A stretch of 64,000 bases of DNA, taken from contig JAWLHY010000002.1 of NCBI GenBank assembly GCA_041690135.1, forward strand, positions 448,001 through 512,000, given 5' to 3'. This document shows, piece after piece, positions 55,458 to 64,000 of the stretch; positions within the stretch are counted from its first letter, which is position 1, and the number at the start of each line of letters is the position of its first letter. Position numbers and translations under genes: made by a program. The notes below the pieces were generated by a model. It had not been told where the DNA came from and ran no database searches. It saw nothing but the letters and a program-made list of their open reading frames with translations. Source of the DNA: Armatimonadota bacterium. GTDB lineage: Bacteria; Armatimonadota; SYMT01.

Positions 55458-55765
55458 ACTCGACAAACGCGGCTCCTGCTTGTTGGAGGTCGTTTTACCG
55501 GGTAGGCACGGGTTCGGGTACCGGTTGCGAACCAGGAACGGGATTCGAAGGGAGGCCCAGAAGCCACGAAAGCCCATCTGGACGCCTCTACCGTAGCCGG
55601 GCGGTTACCAGGACGGCCCGCTACACAAAAGCACCGTATTGGACCACAGCGGGCACTGCTCCACACGGGCAATTTTCAGCTTACTCCTTGGCCGTCCATC
55701 GCCCGGCGGGAACGGGTCAACAGGCAGGGCAAGGAGTACCCGCGGCGCCCGGCGAACCGGCCCGT

Positions 55766-56959
55766 ATGAAGCTCATCCTTTCTCTTTCCCTATCGCTCCT
55801 GCTGGCCGGAAGCGCCTCTGCCCAGCAAGGTACCTCCCTCACTCCGAAGTCCCTCCAATCCGCGCTCCAGGGCAATCCAGCGGGCAGCGCCGCCGAGCAA
55901 TTGGCCGATCGCGTCCGCGCCTACTTCGGCAAGAACAACCTCGCCAAGGGGCCCGCGCCCAAGGTGGATGACCTCACCGCGGCCTGGGCTCTGGAGATGC
56001 CGACCGCCAAATCCGTCAGTGTGGTGTCCGAGGACGGCAAGTTCACCCTCCCGCTGAAGCGTCTGGGCGCCACCCCGGTGTATGCCGCGGCGGTCACCCT
56101 GCCGGAGGGCGAGGCGTTCCGCTGGAAGTACCGGGTCGACGACCGGGAGATGGGCGGCGGCCAGCTCGAGGTCTACACCACGCCGGCCGAAATGAAGGAG
56201 CAGCCCGGGGTGCCGAAGGGCAAGCTCACCCAGATGCCGCCGTGGGAGAGTAAGATCTTCGCCGGCACCACGCGCGACTGGTGGGTCTACGTTCCCGCGC
56301 AGTACAGGCCCGAAAACCCCGCCTGCCTCATGGTGTTCCAGGACGGCGGCGGAGCTAAGAACTACGTCCCCACCTGCTTCGATAACCTGATCCACAAGGG
56401 CGAGATGCCGGTCACCGTGGGCGTGTTCATCAACCCCGGCGTGTTCAAGGACGGCAGGCGCAACCGCAGCTATGAGTACGACCGCCTCTCGGACCAGTAT
56501 GTCCGCTTCCTCACCGAAGAGATCATCCCCGAAGTGGAGAAGATGGCGAAGCTGCGCCAGGACCCCAAGGCCCGCGCCATCTCCGGCAGCAGCAGCGGCG
56601 GCATCTGCGCCTTCACGGCGGCGTGGGAGCGGCCCGACTACTTCCACAAGGTGCTCTCGTGGGTCGGCAGTTTCACCAACATCCAGCACGGCCCCACCTT
56701 CAAGGAAGGGGGTCACAACTACGAGGCGATGATCCGCAAGGCGCCGAAGCGCGACATCCGGGTCTTTCTGCAGGACGGGGAGAATGACCTCGACAACGCC
56801 AACGGCAACTGGCCCCTGGCCAACCTGGCGATGGCGAAGTCGCTGGCCTATGCCAAGTACGACTATAAGTTCGTCTACGGCAAGGGCTTCCACAGCGGCA
56901 AGCACGGCCAGGCGATCCTCCCGGACAGCCTCCGCTGGCTCTGGCGCGACGTCCGCTAA
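55766..56959 (+). CDS. Secreted alpha/beta-hydrolase (enterochelin esterase-like)
   Basis: Signal peptide, RDWWVYVPAQY, MVFQDG, NRSYEYD, GSSSGG nucleophile elbow, GFHSGKHG. Confidence 0.88.
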   Translation: MKLILSLSLSLLLAGSASAQQGTSLTPKSLQSALQGNPAGSAAEQLADRVRAYFGKNNLAKGPAPKVDDLTAAWALEMPTAKSVSVVSEDGKFTLPLKRLGATPVYAAAVTLPEGEAFRWKYRVDDREMGGGQLEVYTTPAEMKEQPGVPKGKLTQMPPWESKIFAGTTRDWWVYVPAQYRPENPACLMVFQDGGGAKNYVPTCFDNLIHKGEMPVTVGVFINPGVFKDGRRNRSYEYDRLSDQYVRFLTEEIIPEVEKMAKLRQDPKARAISGSSSGGICAFTAAWERPDYFHKVLSWVGSFTNIQHGPTFKEGGHNYEAMIRKAPKRDIRVFLQDGENDLDNANGNWPLANLAMAKSLAYAKYDYKFVYGKGFHSGKHGQAILPDSLRWLWRDVR

Positions 56960-56968
56960 CCACACCGA

Positions 56969-58342
56969 TCAGAAGCCGAGCTCGGCGTGGAGGGCGGAGG
57001 CCAGGTCCGGATGCAGGAAGCGAAAGCCGGCCTCCTGGAGGCGTGCGGGCCGGACGCGGTTGCCCATCAGCACTGCGTGATCGGCCAGCTCGCCGAGGAC
57101 CAGGCGGACGGCGAAGGCGGGAACGGGGAACGGAGCCGGGCGGCGCAGCACCCGCGCCAGGGTGCGCGTGAACTCAAGGTTGGTCAGCGGTTCCGGCGCG
57201 GTGCCGTTCACCGGCCCGGTGATCCCGTCCGTGAAGAGCAGGAATTGGATCGCCCCGACCAGGTCGTCGAGGGCGATCCAACTCCAGTACTGCCGACCGC
57301 TGCCGACGGTGCCACCCAGGCCCAGGCGGAAAAGCGGGAGTAGCCGGGCCAGCGCCCCTTCGCGGGCGGAGAGGACCATCCCCACGCGCAGGTGCACCAC
57401 CCGGATCCCGGCCTCGCTGGCGGGCTGCGTCGCGGACTCCCAGTCGCGGCTCACGTCGGCCAGAAAACCGGTTCCCGGCGCGCTTGTTTCGGTCAGGACC
57501 TCGTCGCCGCGGTCCCCGTAATAGCCGATGGCCGAGGCGGAGATCAGCGCACGGGGCGGGTTCCGCATCCGGGCGAGGGCCTCACAGAGCCCGCGGGACC
57601 CCTGCACCCGGCTGTCGCGGATGCGGGCGCGGTGCTCCGCGGTCCAGCGCCGCGCCGCCACGTTCTCCCCCGCGAGATGCACCACGGCATCCACGCCTTC
57701 CAGCCCCGCAGTATCGACGCGGCCGCCTTCCGGGTCCCAGAACACCTCCCGGAACTCCGGACGGGGGGTGCGGCGGACCAGCCGGTCGATGCGGTGCCCG
57801 CCGGTCTCCATGAAGGCGCAGAAGGCGCGGCCTACCAGTCCGGAGGCGCCGGTTACGGCGATGCGCTGCGGACCGCACCCGGAGAAGGCATGGTGCCGCT
57901 CCAGGTCGGCGCGGGTGCGGAAATGCCGCCACGCGAACATCCGCTGCAGCTTCCGCTCCGTGAGCGCTCCGCCTGCCAGTTGACCCGCCATGCCCAACGG
58001 CAGCCGGTAATGAATCACGTCCTCCAGCCGGCTCCGCTCCGGGCTCTCGGGCTCAAAGCGGTGCGTGTGGACCCACTCCGTGAACGGCCCCCGCATTTGC
58101 ACGTCCTCGAACTGCCGGCCCTCGACACAGTTCCGGTGGAGGGCCTCCCAGGTCAGGGAGAGGGGTCCCTGCCGGATCTCGAACACCTTCCGCGCCCCGT
58201 CCGCAATGCCGCCTGTGTCCTCCCGGACGCAAATCGTCTCCCAGGGCGGGGTAAGTCGCTCGAACGCCCCCGGCCGTGCATGCCAGGCAAACAGCTCCTC
58301 CACCGGTACCGGAACCTGTGATGTCTGGGTAAACACCGGCAT
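56969..58342 (-). CDS. SRPBCC domain - TIGR01777 family NAD-dependent epimerase fusion
   Basis: LFAWHARPGAFERLTPPW; VTGASGLVG, HLAGENV, SASAIGYYG, GSGRQYWSWI, GFRFLHPDL. Confidence 0.9.
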   Translation of the reverse strand: MPVFTQTSQVPVPVEELFAWHARPGAFERLTPPWETICVREDTGGIADGARKVFEIRQGPLSLTWEALHRNCVEGRQFEDVQMRGPFTEWVHTHRFEPESPERSRLEDVIHYRLPLGMAGQLAGGALTERKLQRMFAWRHFRTRADLERHHAFSGCGPQRIAVTGASGLVGRAFCAFMETGGHRIDRLVRRTPRPEFREVFWDPEGGRVDTAGLEGVDAVVHLAGENVAARRWTAEHRARIRDSRVQGSRGLCEALARMRNPPRALISASAIGYYGDRGDEVLTETSAPGTGFLADVSRDWESATQPASEAGIRVVHLRVGMVLSAREGALARLLPLFRLGLGGTVGSGRQYWSWIALDDLVGAIQFLLFTDGITGPVNGTAPEPLTNLEFTRTLARVLRRPAPFPVPAFAVRLVLGELADHAVLMGNRVRPARLQEAGFRFLHPDLASALHAELGF

Positions 58343-58458
58343 CGGCTTCCCGTTCTCCCCATGCGGGTTGGAGATGATTCGCAACCCTCACGCTCATTCT
58401 CCGTTACCCAGTGTGAGAACGGTCCACGATCTCTCAGCTTCTTCGGGGCGCGAAGCAG

Positions 58459-58803
58459 ATGGACGAAGGCTGCCTGTTTTTCCTCCTGCACGCTGTAGGA
58501 AGCTTCCTGTTCGAGATTCTGGGTGCCGTCGTGCAAGGCGCCTGGGACTTCGGCGGCAAGTTGACGCGTTGGCTCTACCGCGAGGCGCCTGTGGCCGTGC
58601 GGATGGGTGCCCGTCTCGGCGCCCTGGGCGGCTGCCTCTGGGGCCTGGGCCTGGGACTACGCTACTGCCCGGCCTGGCTCTCCCCACCAGTCGCCGCCCT
58701 GGGCGTGGCGTTCATGATCGCACCCCTGCTCGGCCTGATAGGGGGTCTGGCCGGCTGGGGCTGCAGCGCTCGAGATTCCGGCAGAATAAGGGCGGGAGAA
58801 TAG
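58459..58803 (+). CDS. Small membrane hypothetical protein
   Basis: Hydrophobic, Gly-rich helices; fills the gap between flanking genes. Confidence 0.5.
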   Translation: MDEGCLFFLLHAVGSFLFEILGAVVQGAWDFGGKLTRWLYREAPVAVRMGARLGALGGCLWGLGLGLRYCPAWLSPPVAALGVAFMIAPLLGLIGGLAGWGCSARDSGRIRAGE

Positions 58804-58808
58804 GGATT

Positions 58809-59555
58809 CTATTCAATACTGAACGGACAATTATCATCCCCGCCGCCGATCGTGTTGCAGATTCGGCCCCCGATCTTCTGCCACTTCACGTGCCCGTCGC
58901 AGTAGAGGTAGTTGGCTCCGTCGTTGTGCCGAACGGCGCCGCGATTGAGGGGCCCGCTGCGCGACTCCGTGTGCGCGTTCGTTTGCACGATACCGCTGAA
59001 GTGGAAGGTGTCGTGGTCGAACAGCAGGTACGTGTCCGCCGGGTACTGGAACGTCGCGAGGGAGCGGGGCACGTTGCCGCCCGGCATCGGCGGCTGGGCG
59101 GTGTCCGGTGCGGTGAGGTCGAAATGGACCCGGTTGCACCCGTAGCCGCTTTCCCCGGTGTACTCCGCGGTCACCTGGGTAGGGTCGAAGTTCGGCTGCC
59201 ACGGGTTCGCGGGCCGGTAGCTGCTGCAGAAGAAGATGCCGGCGTTCTTCACGTACGGGTAGATCATCCACCGCCAGGTGTACATCCCCGGCTGGGGCGG
59301 ACCGATGGCGCCGGACCCCCGGTAGGCCGCCGGGAGCACCTCGTCGTAGTCGTCTGTGTACATCACGATCGCGTTGCCGAGCTGCTTCAGGTTGCTCTTG
59401 CACTGCGCGGCCCGGGCCGCCTCCCGGGCGCGGGCAAAGACGGGGAAGAGGATGGCGGCGAGGATGGCGATGATCGCTATCACCACGAGCAGCTCGATCA
59501 GGGTGAAAGCGTGCCGCAAGCGGTGGGTGGATGGAGCGGATGGAATGGGGCGCAC
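58809..59555 (-). CDS. DUF1559 / prepilin-type N-terminal cleavage-methylation protein with H-X9-DG motif
   Basis: [40 protein letters not shown]; [16 protein letters not shown]. Confidence 0.93.
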   Translation of the reverse strand: MRPIPSAPSTHRLRHAFTLIELLVVIAIIAILAAILFPVFARAREAARAAQCKSNLKQLGNAIVMYTDDYDEVLPAAYRGSGAIGPPQPGMYTWRWMIYPYVKNAGIFFCSSYRPANPWQPNFDPTQVTAEYTGESGYGCNRVHFDLTAPDTAQPPMPGGNVPRSLATFQYPADTYLLFDHDTFHFSGIVQTNAHTESRSGPLNRGAVRHNDGANYLYCDGHVKWQKIGGRICNTIGGGDDNCPFSIE

Positions 59556-59722
59556 TCCCGACCTCCAGAATGGGGTTCGACCAGGACCGGCAAAGAGAGG
59601 AGTGGGTCCGGCCCGGCGGAGGCCGTCTCCTTGGTACCTATACGCTCGGAGTAGCCGGTGGTGTTTCCGGTTGGACGCCCAGCCGCATCCTGGAGTTGCA
59701 CCGCATCAGGTTGGAGACGCGG

Positions 59723-59774
59723 AAAAAGCCGGGATCCGAAATAGGAGGTTTGCACTCTTCTCTCGGATCCCGGC
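59723..59774 (-). terminator. Terminator-like hairpin downstream of the sigma-28 gene
   Basis: 12-bp stem gccgggatccga / tcggatcccggc with TTTTT following on the minus strand. Confidence 0.6.
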
Positions 59775-59798
59775 CCGCGTAGCCTGGGTGTAAGGAAT

Positions 59799-60578
59799 TC
59801 AGGCAGCGAGTTCCGCGACCAGTTCGTGGTGCCGGACCAGCTTGTGGCTCAGGCGGAGCATCGCCTTGGTGTGGATCTGCGACACCCGCTGTTCCGTCAC
59901 CCCCAGCACCCGGCCGATCTCCTTCAGGGTCAGGTCCTTCTCGTAGTAGAGGGACACGACCAGCTTCTCCCGCTCCGGCAGGGCCTGGATCGCCTCCACC
60001 AGCCGCCGCCGCGCCTCCGTCTTCTCCTGCTGCACGTACGGATCGAAGGCGTTCCCCGCCGGGGTCCGTTCGCCGCGGCTCGTCGAGTCCTCCGAGCCGG
60101 AAACGAGATCGTCCAGGCTAAGGACCGAGCTCCGCGAGATGTCGCTCACCAGGTGCTCGAGCTCGCTCGTCTCCAGGCCCAGCTCCCGGGCCACCTCGTC
60201 ATCAGAGGGGGTGCGGCCCAGCACGGCTTCCAGGTGCGCGTAGGCGCGTCGCAGCCGGTTCTCCTCCGCTCGCACGGACCGCGGCGCCCAATCCAGGCGG
60301 CGCAGCGCATCCAGGATCGCGCCGCGGATCCGCGGCATGGCGAAGCCCTCGAACGGAACTCCCATCTCCGGGTCGTACCGGTCCACGGCGTTGATCAGGC
60401 CGATGACCGCGTGGCTGACCAGGTCGTCGGTGCTCACACAACCCCAGGGGGTGAACTGCAGACGCTCGACAGCCCGGCGGGCGAGGATGGCGTACTCGCG
60501 GATGAGCTCTTCCCGGAGCCGGGGCGACCGGGTTCGCGCATACTCCTGCCACCGCGCCTGGGAATTGAAACTGATCAT
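59799..60578 (-). CDS. FliA/WhiG family RNA polymerase sigma-28 factor
   Basis: DDLVSHAVIGLINAVDRYDP, RIRGAILDALRRLDWAPRSVR, LPEREKLVVSLYY..LTLKEIG.VLGVTEQRVSQIH. Confidence 0.92.
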   Translation of the reverse strand: MISFNSQARWQEYARTRSPRLREELIREYAILARRAVERLQFTPWGCVSTDDLVSHAVIGLINAVDRYDPEMGVPFEGFAMPRIRGAILDALRRLDWAPRSVRAEENRLRRAYAHLEAVLGRTPSDDEVARELGLETSELEHLVSDISRSSVLSLDDLVSGSEDSTSRGERTPAGNAFDPYVQQEKTEARRRLVEAIQALPEREKLVVSLYYEKDLTLKEIGRVLGVTEQRVSQIHTKAMLRLSHKLVRHHELVAELAA

Positions 60579-60913
60579 TGCCGGATCCTCCGCTCGACTT
60601 GAACGCGTCGCTACGACCTTTGTGTGACGTTAGTATCGCCGGTGTCCGCCCAACGGTGTATCCGCCTCCTGGATAGAAATCGCATGTCCGGTTGGGTGTC
60701 TTTCGGTTATCCGGGCCGCAAGTGGACAACGACTGTCGCCTGCCGGACGGACGACCTCGGGCATGGAAAGCGGATTCGCAGGCGGCGCGAAAAGGGGGTG
60801 TCCGTCCGCATCGTGCCGGTGGGCCTGCCGCTGCTTCGCGCGTCGTTCGCGGAGTTTTGTGCGTGGAATAGGGCGGCGAGGATGGATTTCCGGCCCCCAG
60901 GGCGAAATCGGCC

Positions 60914-60940
60914 TAAAGTCGGATGGTGCGCGACCGATGT
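60914..60940 (+). promoter_or_regulatory. Candidate sigma-28 promoter upstream of the response regulator
   Basis: TAAA-15 nt-ACCGATGT versus consensus TAAA-N15-GCCGATAA. Confidence 0.55.
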
Positions 60941-61075
60941 ATTTGGATAATCCACACAAGGACGGAGGCCGATTGACCGTTGGTATTAGTCCGCACCCCT
61001 CCAGGTGGGGGTGGGTCGATCCCTCGACCGTCATCACCGGCTTGCCGGCTGTTCCCTCACGGATAATCCTCAAGA

Positions 61076-61744
61076 ATGAATGTTTCCGTAGTCATCGCCG
61101 AAGACGACGCCCTCCTCCGCAACCTGCTCACCACGCTGCTAGCCCAGGAAGAGGGGTTGGAGGTCGTGGGCAGCGCGGCCTCCGGTGCGGAGTGCCTCGA
61201 TACGGTCCGGCAACTGCGGCCGCGCGTGTTGCTCCTGGACCTCCACCTGCCGGGCATGTCCGGGCTCAAAGTGATGGAGGCGCTGGAACCCGGCGGCGAG
61301 GGTCCTCTCACGCTGGTGCTTAGCGGCTCGGAGGATGAGGAGACGCAGTTGCAGGCGGCCCGCAGCGGAGCACGGGGCTTCTTGCCCAAGTCGCAGGCCG
61401 CCACGGTGCTGGCCCGCGCCATTCGCTCCGTAGCGGAAGGGGAGGTCTGGTTCTCCCGGAGAGTATCGGAGCGGATCTTCCAGGAGTACCACCAACTCGC
61501 CCGCCGCACCCGGGAGCAGGATAAGCCGCTCAATCAGCTGTCGGAGCGGGAGCGGGAGGTGTTGATCTGCGTCGCGCGCGGCATGACCAACAGCCAGATC
61601 GCCGCGGACCTTTACATGAGCGTCCACACCGTCAAGGTCCATATCCAGAGCATTTTGCGCAAGCTCAACCTGCCGAACCGGGTCGAGGCCGCCGTGTACG
61701 CGGTGCGCGAGGGGCTGGTGGCCGCCGAAGACTCCGCCTCCTGA
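61076..61744 (+). CDS. NarL/LuxR family response regulator
   Basis: IAEDD, LLLDLHLPGMSG, GFLPKS, LSEREREVL...GMTNSQIA..L.MS..TVKVH. Confidence 0.93.
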   Translation: MNVSVVIAEDDALLRNLLTTLLAQEEGLEVVGSAASGAECLDTVRQLRPRVLLLDLHLPGMSGLKVMEALEPGGEGPLTLVLSGSEDEETQLQAARSGARGFLPKSQAATVLARAIRSVAEGEVWFSRRVSERIFQEYHQLARRTREQDKPLNQLSEREREVLICVARGMTNSQIAADLYMSVHTVKVHIQSILRKLNLPNRVEAAVYAVREGLVAAEDSAS

Positions 61745-61845
61745 AGCCGGTTCACCGCGCCTGCCGTCCAACTTCGCATAAACGGGACTTTAGACCCTGC
61801 CTGGTCGCGACGAAATGGAAGTTGCGAAGCGGGGGGACGAAGACG

Positions 61846-62097
61846 ATGGCAGGCTCCAAAAAAAACGAGTTCATAGGCGGCGAGGAATTCTGTGGCGTGA
61901 GCCCACGCGAGATGGGTACCGGTGAGGGTGCATTGTCCTTTTTGGCGTTGGCGGAAGACTGGCTGACCGCGCAGGACGCGCTTCTCTACCACCGGGACGA
62001 GGCGCGAGAAGCGGAGATCGAAGAGCTCCGGCGCCAATGGGACCACGGCACCCTGGTGGTCGACGCCGAAGCATTGGCGGACCGTTTCCTTCGTTAA
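61846..62097 (+). CDS. FlgM-like anti-sigma-28 candidate
   Basis: C-terminal REAEIEELRRQWDHGTLVVDAEALADRFL resembles the FlgM motif R..KV..LK..I..G.Y.VD...IA. Confidence 0.5.
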   Translation: MAGSKKNEFIGGEEFCGVSPREMGTGEGALSFLALAEDWLTAQDALLYHRDEAREAEIEELRRQWDHGTLVVDAEALADRFLR

Positions 62098-62267
62098 CTC
62101 CTTCCCGCATCCCAACAGAACCGCCTTACCCAGTCACCGGATCGAGGCGAAACATCCGGAGACGGGCCGCGTCTAACCGTTGAACACGCAGGCACACCCC
62201 TGGCGCCCGAGAGGGCGCCTTTCTCCTGGGGAGATCTACTAGGGGGGCAGTACTTGCGGGGATCACG

Positions 62268-62681
62268 GTGAGCGGCATGGACAACTACTCCGATATCGGC
62301 TCCCTTCAGATCCGCGTCCTCCGCATCCTCTGGCAGCGCGGGGATGGGACGGTTCACGAGGTACTGGAAGCCTTTGCGCCCGGCGAGCGGCCGGCCTATA
62401 CCACCATTCTCCACGTGCTGCGCACGCTGGAGCGACGCGGTCTGGTGGAGCACACCAAGGAGCAACGCCAGCATCGTTACCATCCCCTGGTCCAGGCGGA
62501 TGAGGTCGAGCTCGGAGTTGTCCACTCGCTGCTCTCCCGCATCTTTTCCGGTTCGGCCGAACGCCTCGTGGCCCGTCTTCTGGAGGCCACCCCGCTGGAC
62601 CGGAAGGAGCTGGAGGGAATCCGGCAACTGATCGCCGTGCATGAGCAGGATGGCCGGACCACGAACGGGGGGAACGGCTGA
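62268..62681 (+). CDS. BlaI/MecI/CopY family repressor
   Basis: LQIRVLRILW..G.GTV.EV, PAYTTILHVLRTLERRGLV, LLSRIFSGS. Confidence 0.9.
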   Translation: MSGMDNYSDIGSLQIRVLRILWQRGDGTVHEVLEAFAPGERPAYTTILHVLRTLERRGLVEHTKEQRQHRYHPLVQADEVELGVVHSLLSRIFSGSAERLVARLLEATPLDRKELEGIRQLIAVHEQDGRTTNGGNG

Positions 62682-64000
62682 TGGGGATCGGCATCACCCC
62701 CCCGGAGTTGGCCGCATGGGAAGCGGTGGCGCGCTACTTGCTTTCCTCCTGGCTCGTGCAGGCCACCCTGCTTCTCGGCGCCGGCCTGCTTCTGGCACGG
62801 CTCCCTCGCCTGGGCCCCGCCCAGCGGCATGGTGTGCTGGCGACGGCGCTTTTCCTGGCGACCCTCTCCCCGGTGGCGCTGCTACTTCCGCTGCCGTACC
62901 GCGCTACGGTCCCGGCGCCGCGGGAGCTTCGCGTCGTTGGTAGGCCGTTACGTGCAGCCGGATCTCGTCCGGCCCTGGGAGTACGGACGGCCGCGGGGGC
63001 TACGACTCTTCGGCCCGGGAAAGCTCGTCTTCCTGTCGCACCCGCCTTGGCCCCGGCCCTCGCGTGGCTCCAGCAGTATCCCGCCCTGGCGCTCGCGGCG
63101 GGCTGGCTGCTCCTCGTGGCGCTGAAGGGCGCGCTCTTGGGTGTTTCCGCACTCCAGGTAAGCACCTGGCGGAGGGGCGGACGTCCCCTCGACCGCGACC
63201 GCCTCTACCGCGCCTGCGGGTACCGGTTGGCGGACATCCCCATCCTGGAGACGCGGGGAGTGGGGGTGCCGAGTGTGATCGGAGTCCGGCGGCCCACGAT
63301 CCTCCTGCCGGCGGATCTGGCGGGAGAGGTCGACGACGCCACCCTGGGCCAGATTCTCCTCCATGAGGAAGGGCACGTCCGCCGGCGGGATCCGCTCCTC
63401 CGGCTGCTGGCGGCCCTGGCGGGCTTGCTCCTTTTCTGGCATCCGCTGGCGGCGTGGGTGCGGCGCCGGATGGAACAGGCCGCGGAAGACGCCTGCGACC
63501 TCCACGTGCTCCGGCGGGGAACGGATCGCGCCGCCTATGCCCGGACACTGCTCTCCGTCCTGGAGTTGGCCCTTACCGGCCGGTCTCGCGGGCTGGCCTG
63601 CCGGCTCGGCCGCACGGGCGGCGAGCTGCGCCGGCGGGTGAGCCACATCCTCACGCATCCGACCACCGCTTCTCCGGCCATGACCGGTCTCGCGGCACTC
63701 GCGGCGGTACCCGTCGTCGGCGCCGCCCTTCTTCTGGACGCCGGCCCACGCCCCACCTTCCGGTATACCGCCCGGTCCGCCTCAAACTCTCCCGTCTCTA
63801 CCCTTCATCGCCGCACCTCCACTCTTCACTCCCTCCCCGCCGCCCTCCCATCATCCACCCTCCACGCTCCCCCCTCCACCCTCCCGCCTCCACGCTCCCC
63901 CCTCCACTCTCCGCCCAACCCCCTCCCCCCTCCTCTCCCGATCCTGGGCGGGCGAGAACCGGTAGCCGTGCTCGCCGCGCCGCGCGCCAGCGAACCGCGG
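62681..64000 (+). CDS. BlaR1-like M56 metallopeptidase, 3' end runs off the window
   Basis: Read manually from ATG 62681 (TGATG overlap): WLVQATLLL, VPSVIGVRRPTILLP, ILLHEEGHVRRRD, FWHPLA, EDACD. Confidence 0.88.
   Translation, partial: MGIGITPPELAAWEAVARYLLSSWLVQATLLLGAGLLLARLPRLGPAQRHGVLATALFLATLSPVALLLPLPYRATVPAPRELRVVGRPLRAAGSRPALGVRTAAGATTLRPGKARLPVAPALAPALAWLQQYPALALAAGWLLLVALKGALLGVSALQVSTWRRGGRPLDRDRLYRACGYRLADIPILETRGVGVPSVIGVRRPTILLPADLAGEVDDATLGQILLHEEGHVRRRDPLLRLLAALAGLLLFWHPLAAWVRRRMEQAAEDACDLHVLRRGTDRAAYARTLLSVLELALTGRSRGLACRLGRTGGELRRRVSHILTHPTTASPAMTGLAALAAVPVVGAALLLDAGPRPTFRYTARSASNSPVSTLHRRTSTLHSLPAALPSSTLHAPPSTLPPPRSPLHSPPNPLPPPLPILGGREPVAVLAAPRASEPR
63853..63915 (+). repeat. 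In-frame CTCCNNN heptamer array (9 units) within the M56 gene
   Basis: atccacc ctccacg ctccccc ctccacc ctcccgc ctccacg ctccccc ctccact ctccgcc. Confidence 0.75.

Noticed and set aside
60630-61073. 147-aa minus-strand ORF between the sigma factor and the response regulator
   Set aside because: It has no recognisable motifs; the region is better explained as the divergent promoter region.
1-64000. tRNA, rRNA, tmRNA, RNase P or SRP genes and IS transposases
   Set aside because: I found no diagnostic motifs by eye; a covariance-model scan would be needed to exclude them fully.

Overview
High-GC (roughly two-thirds GC by eye) bacterial chromosomal segment. It is most consistent with Armatimonadota or a similar PVC-like lineage, based on a DUF1559 pseudopilin with [18 protein letters not shown], a PEP-CTERM protein, and several DUF1501, DUF1549-DUF1553 and DUF1552-DUF1592 modules; the taxonomy is inferred, not proven. 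About 43 CDS are supported, including a MarR-TolC-MFP-RND-(P-II-like) efflux operon, map, mqnD, rtcB, guaB, a sigma-28/response regulator/FlgM-like cluster and a BlaI/BlaR1 pair. I saw no rRNA, tRNA, CRISPR array or clear IS transposase. The most unusual signals are six. (1) Two homologous ~90-110 aa in-frame insertions (QNRYGL-x16-LRTAAAxDPxGS...RNTQY, ending in 7-bp repeats) sit at different sites of two DUF1549/DUF1553 genes and differ largely by synonymous changes at the conserved residues. (2) A four-helix-bundle gene wrapped in inverted heptamer arrays is inserted antisense into the efflux operon, with related 'empty' short-period repeat patches across the window. (3) A hairpin family has a fixed GCAG-TTG(G/C)A-CTGC core and compensatory stem changes. 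(4) The IMPDH is strongly eukaryote-like. (5) An Rpn-like gene has an internal TATAAT/SD/ATG, a candidate intragenic antitoxin. (6) A Macro-DUF4062 fusion is present. All product calls come from recognising motifs by eye; no database search was run.
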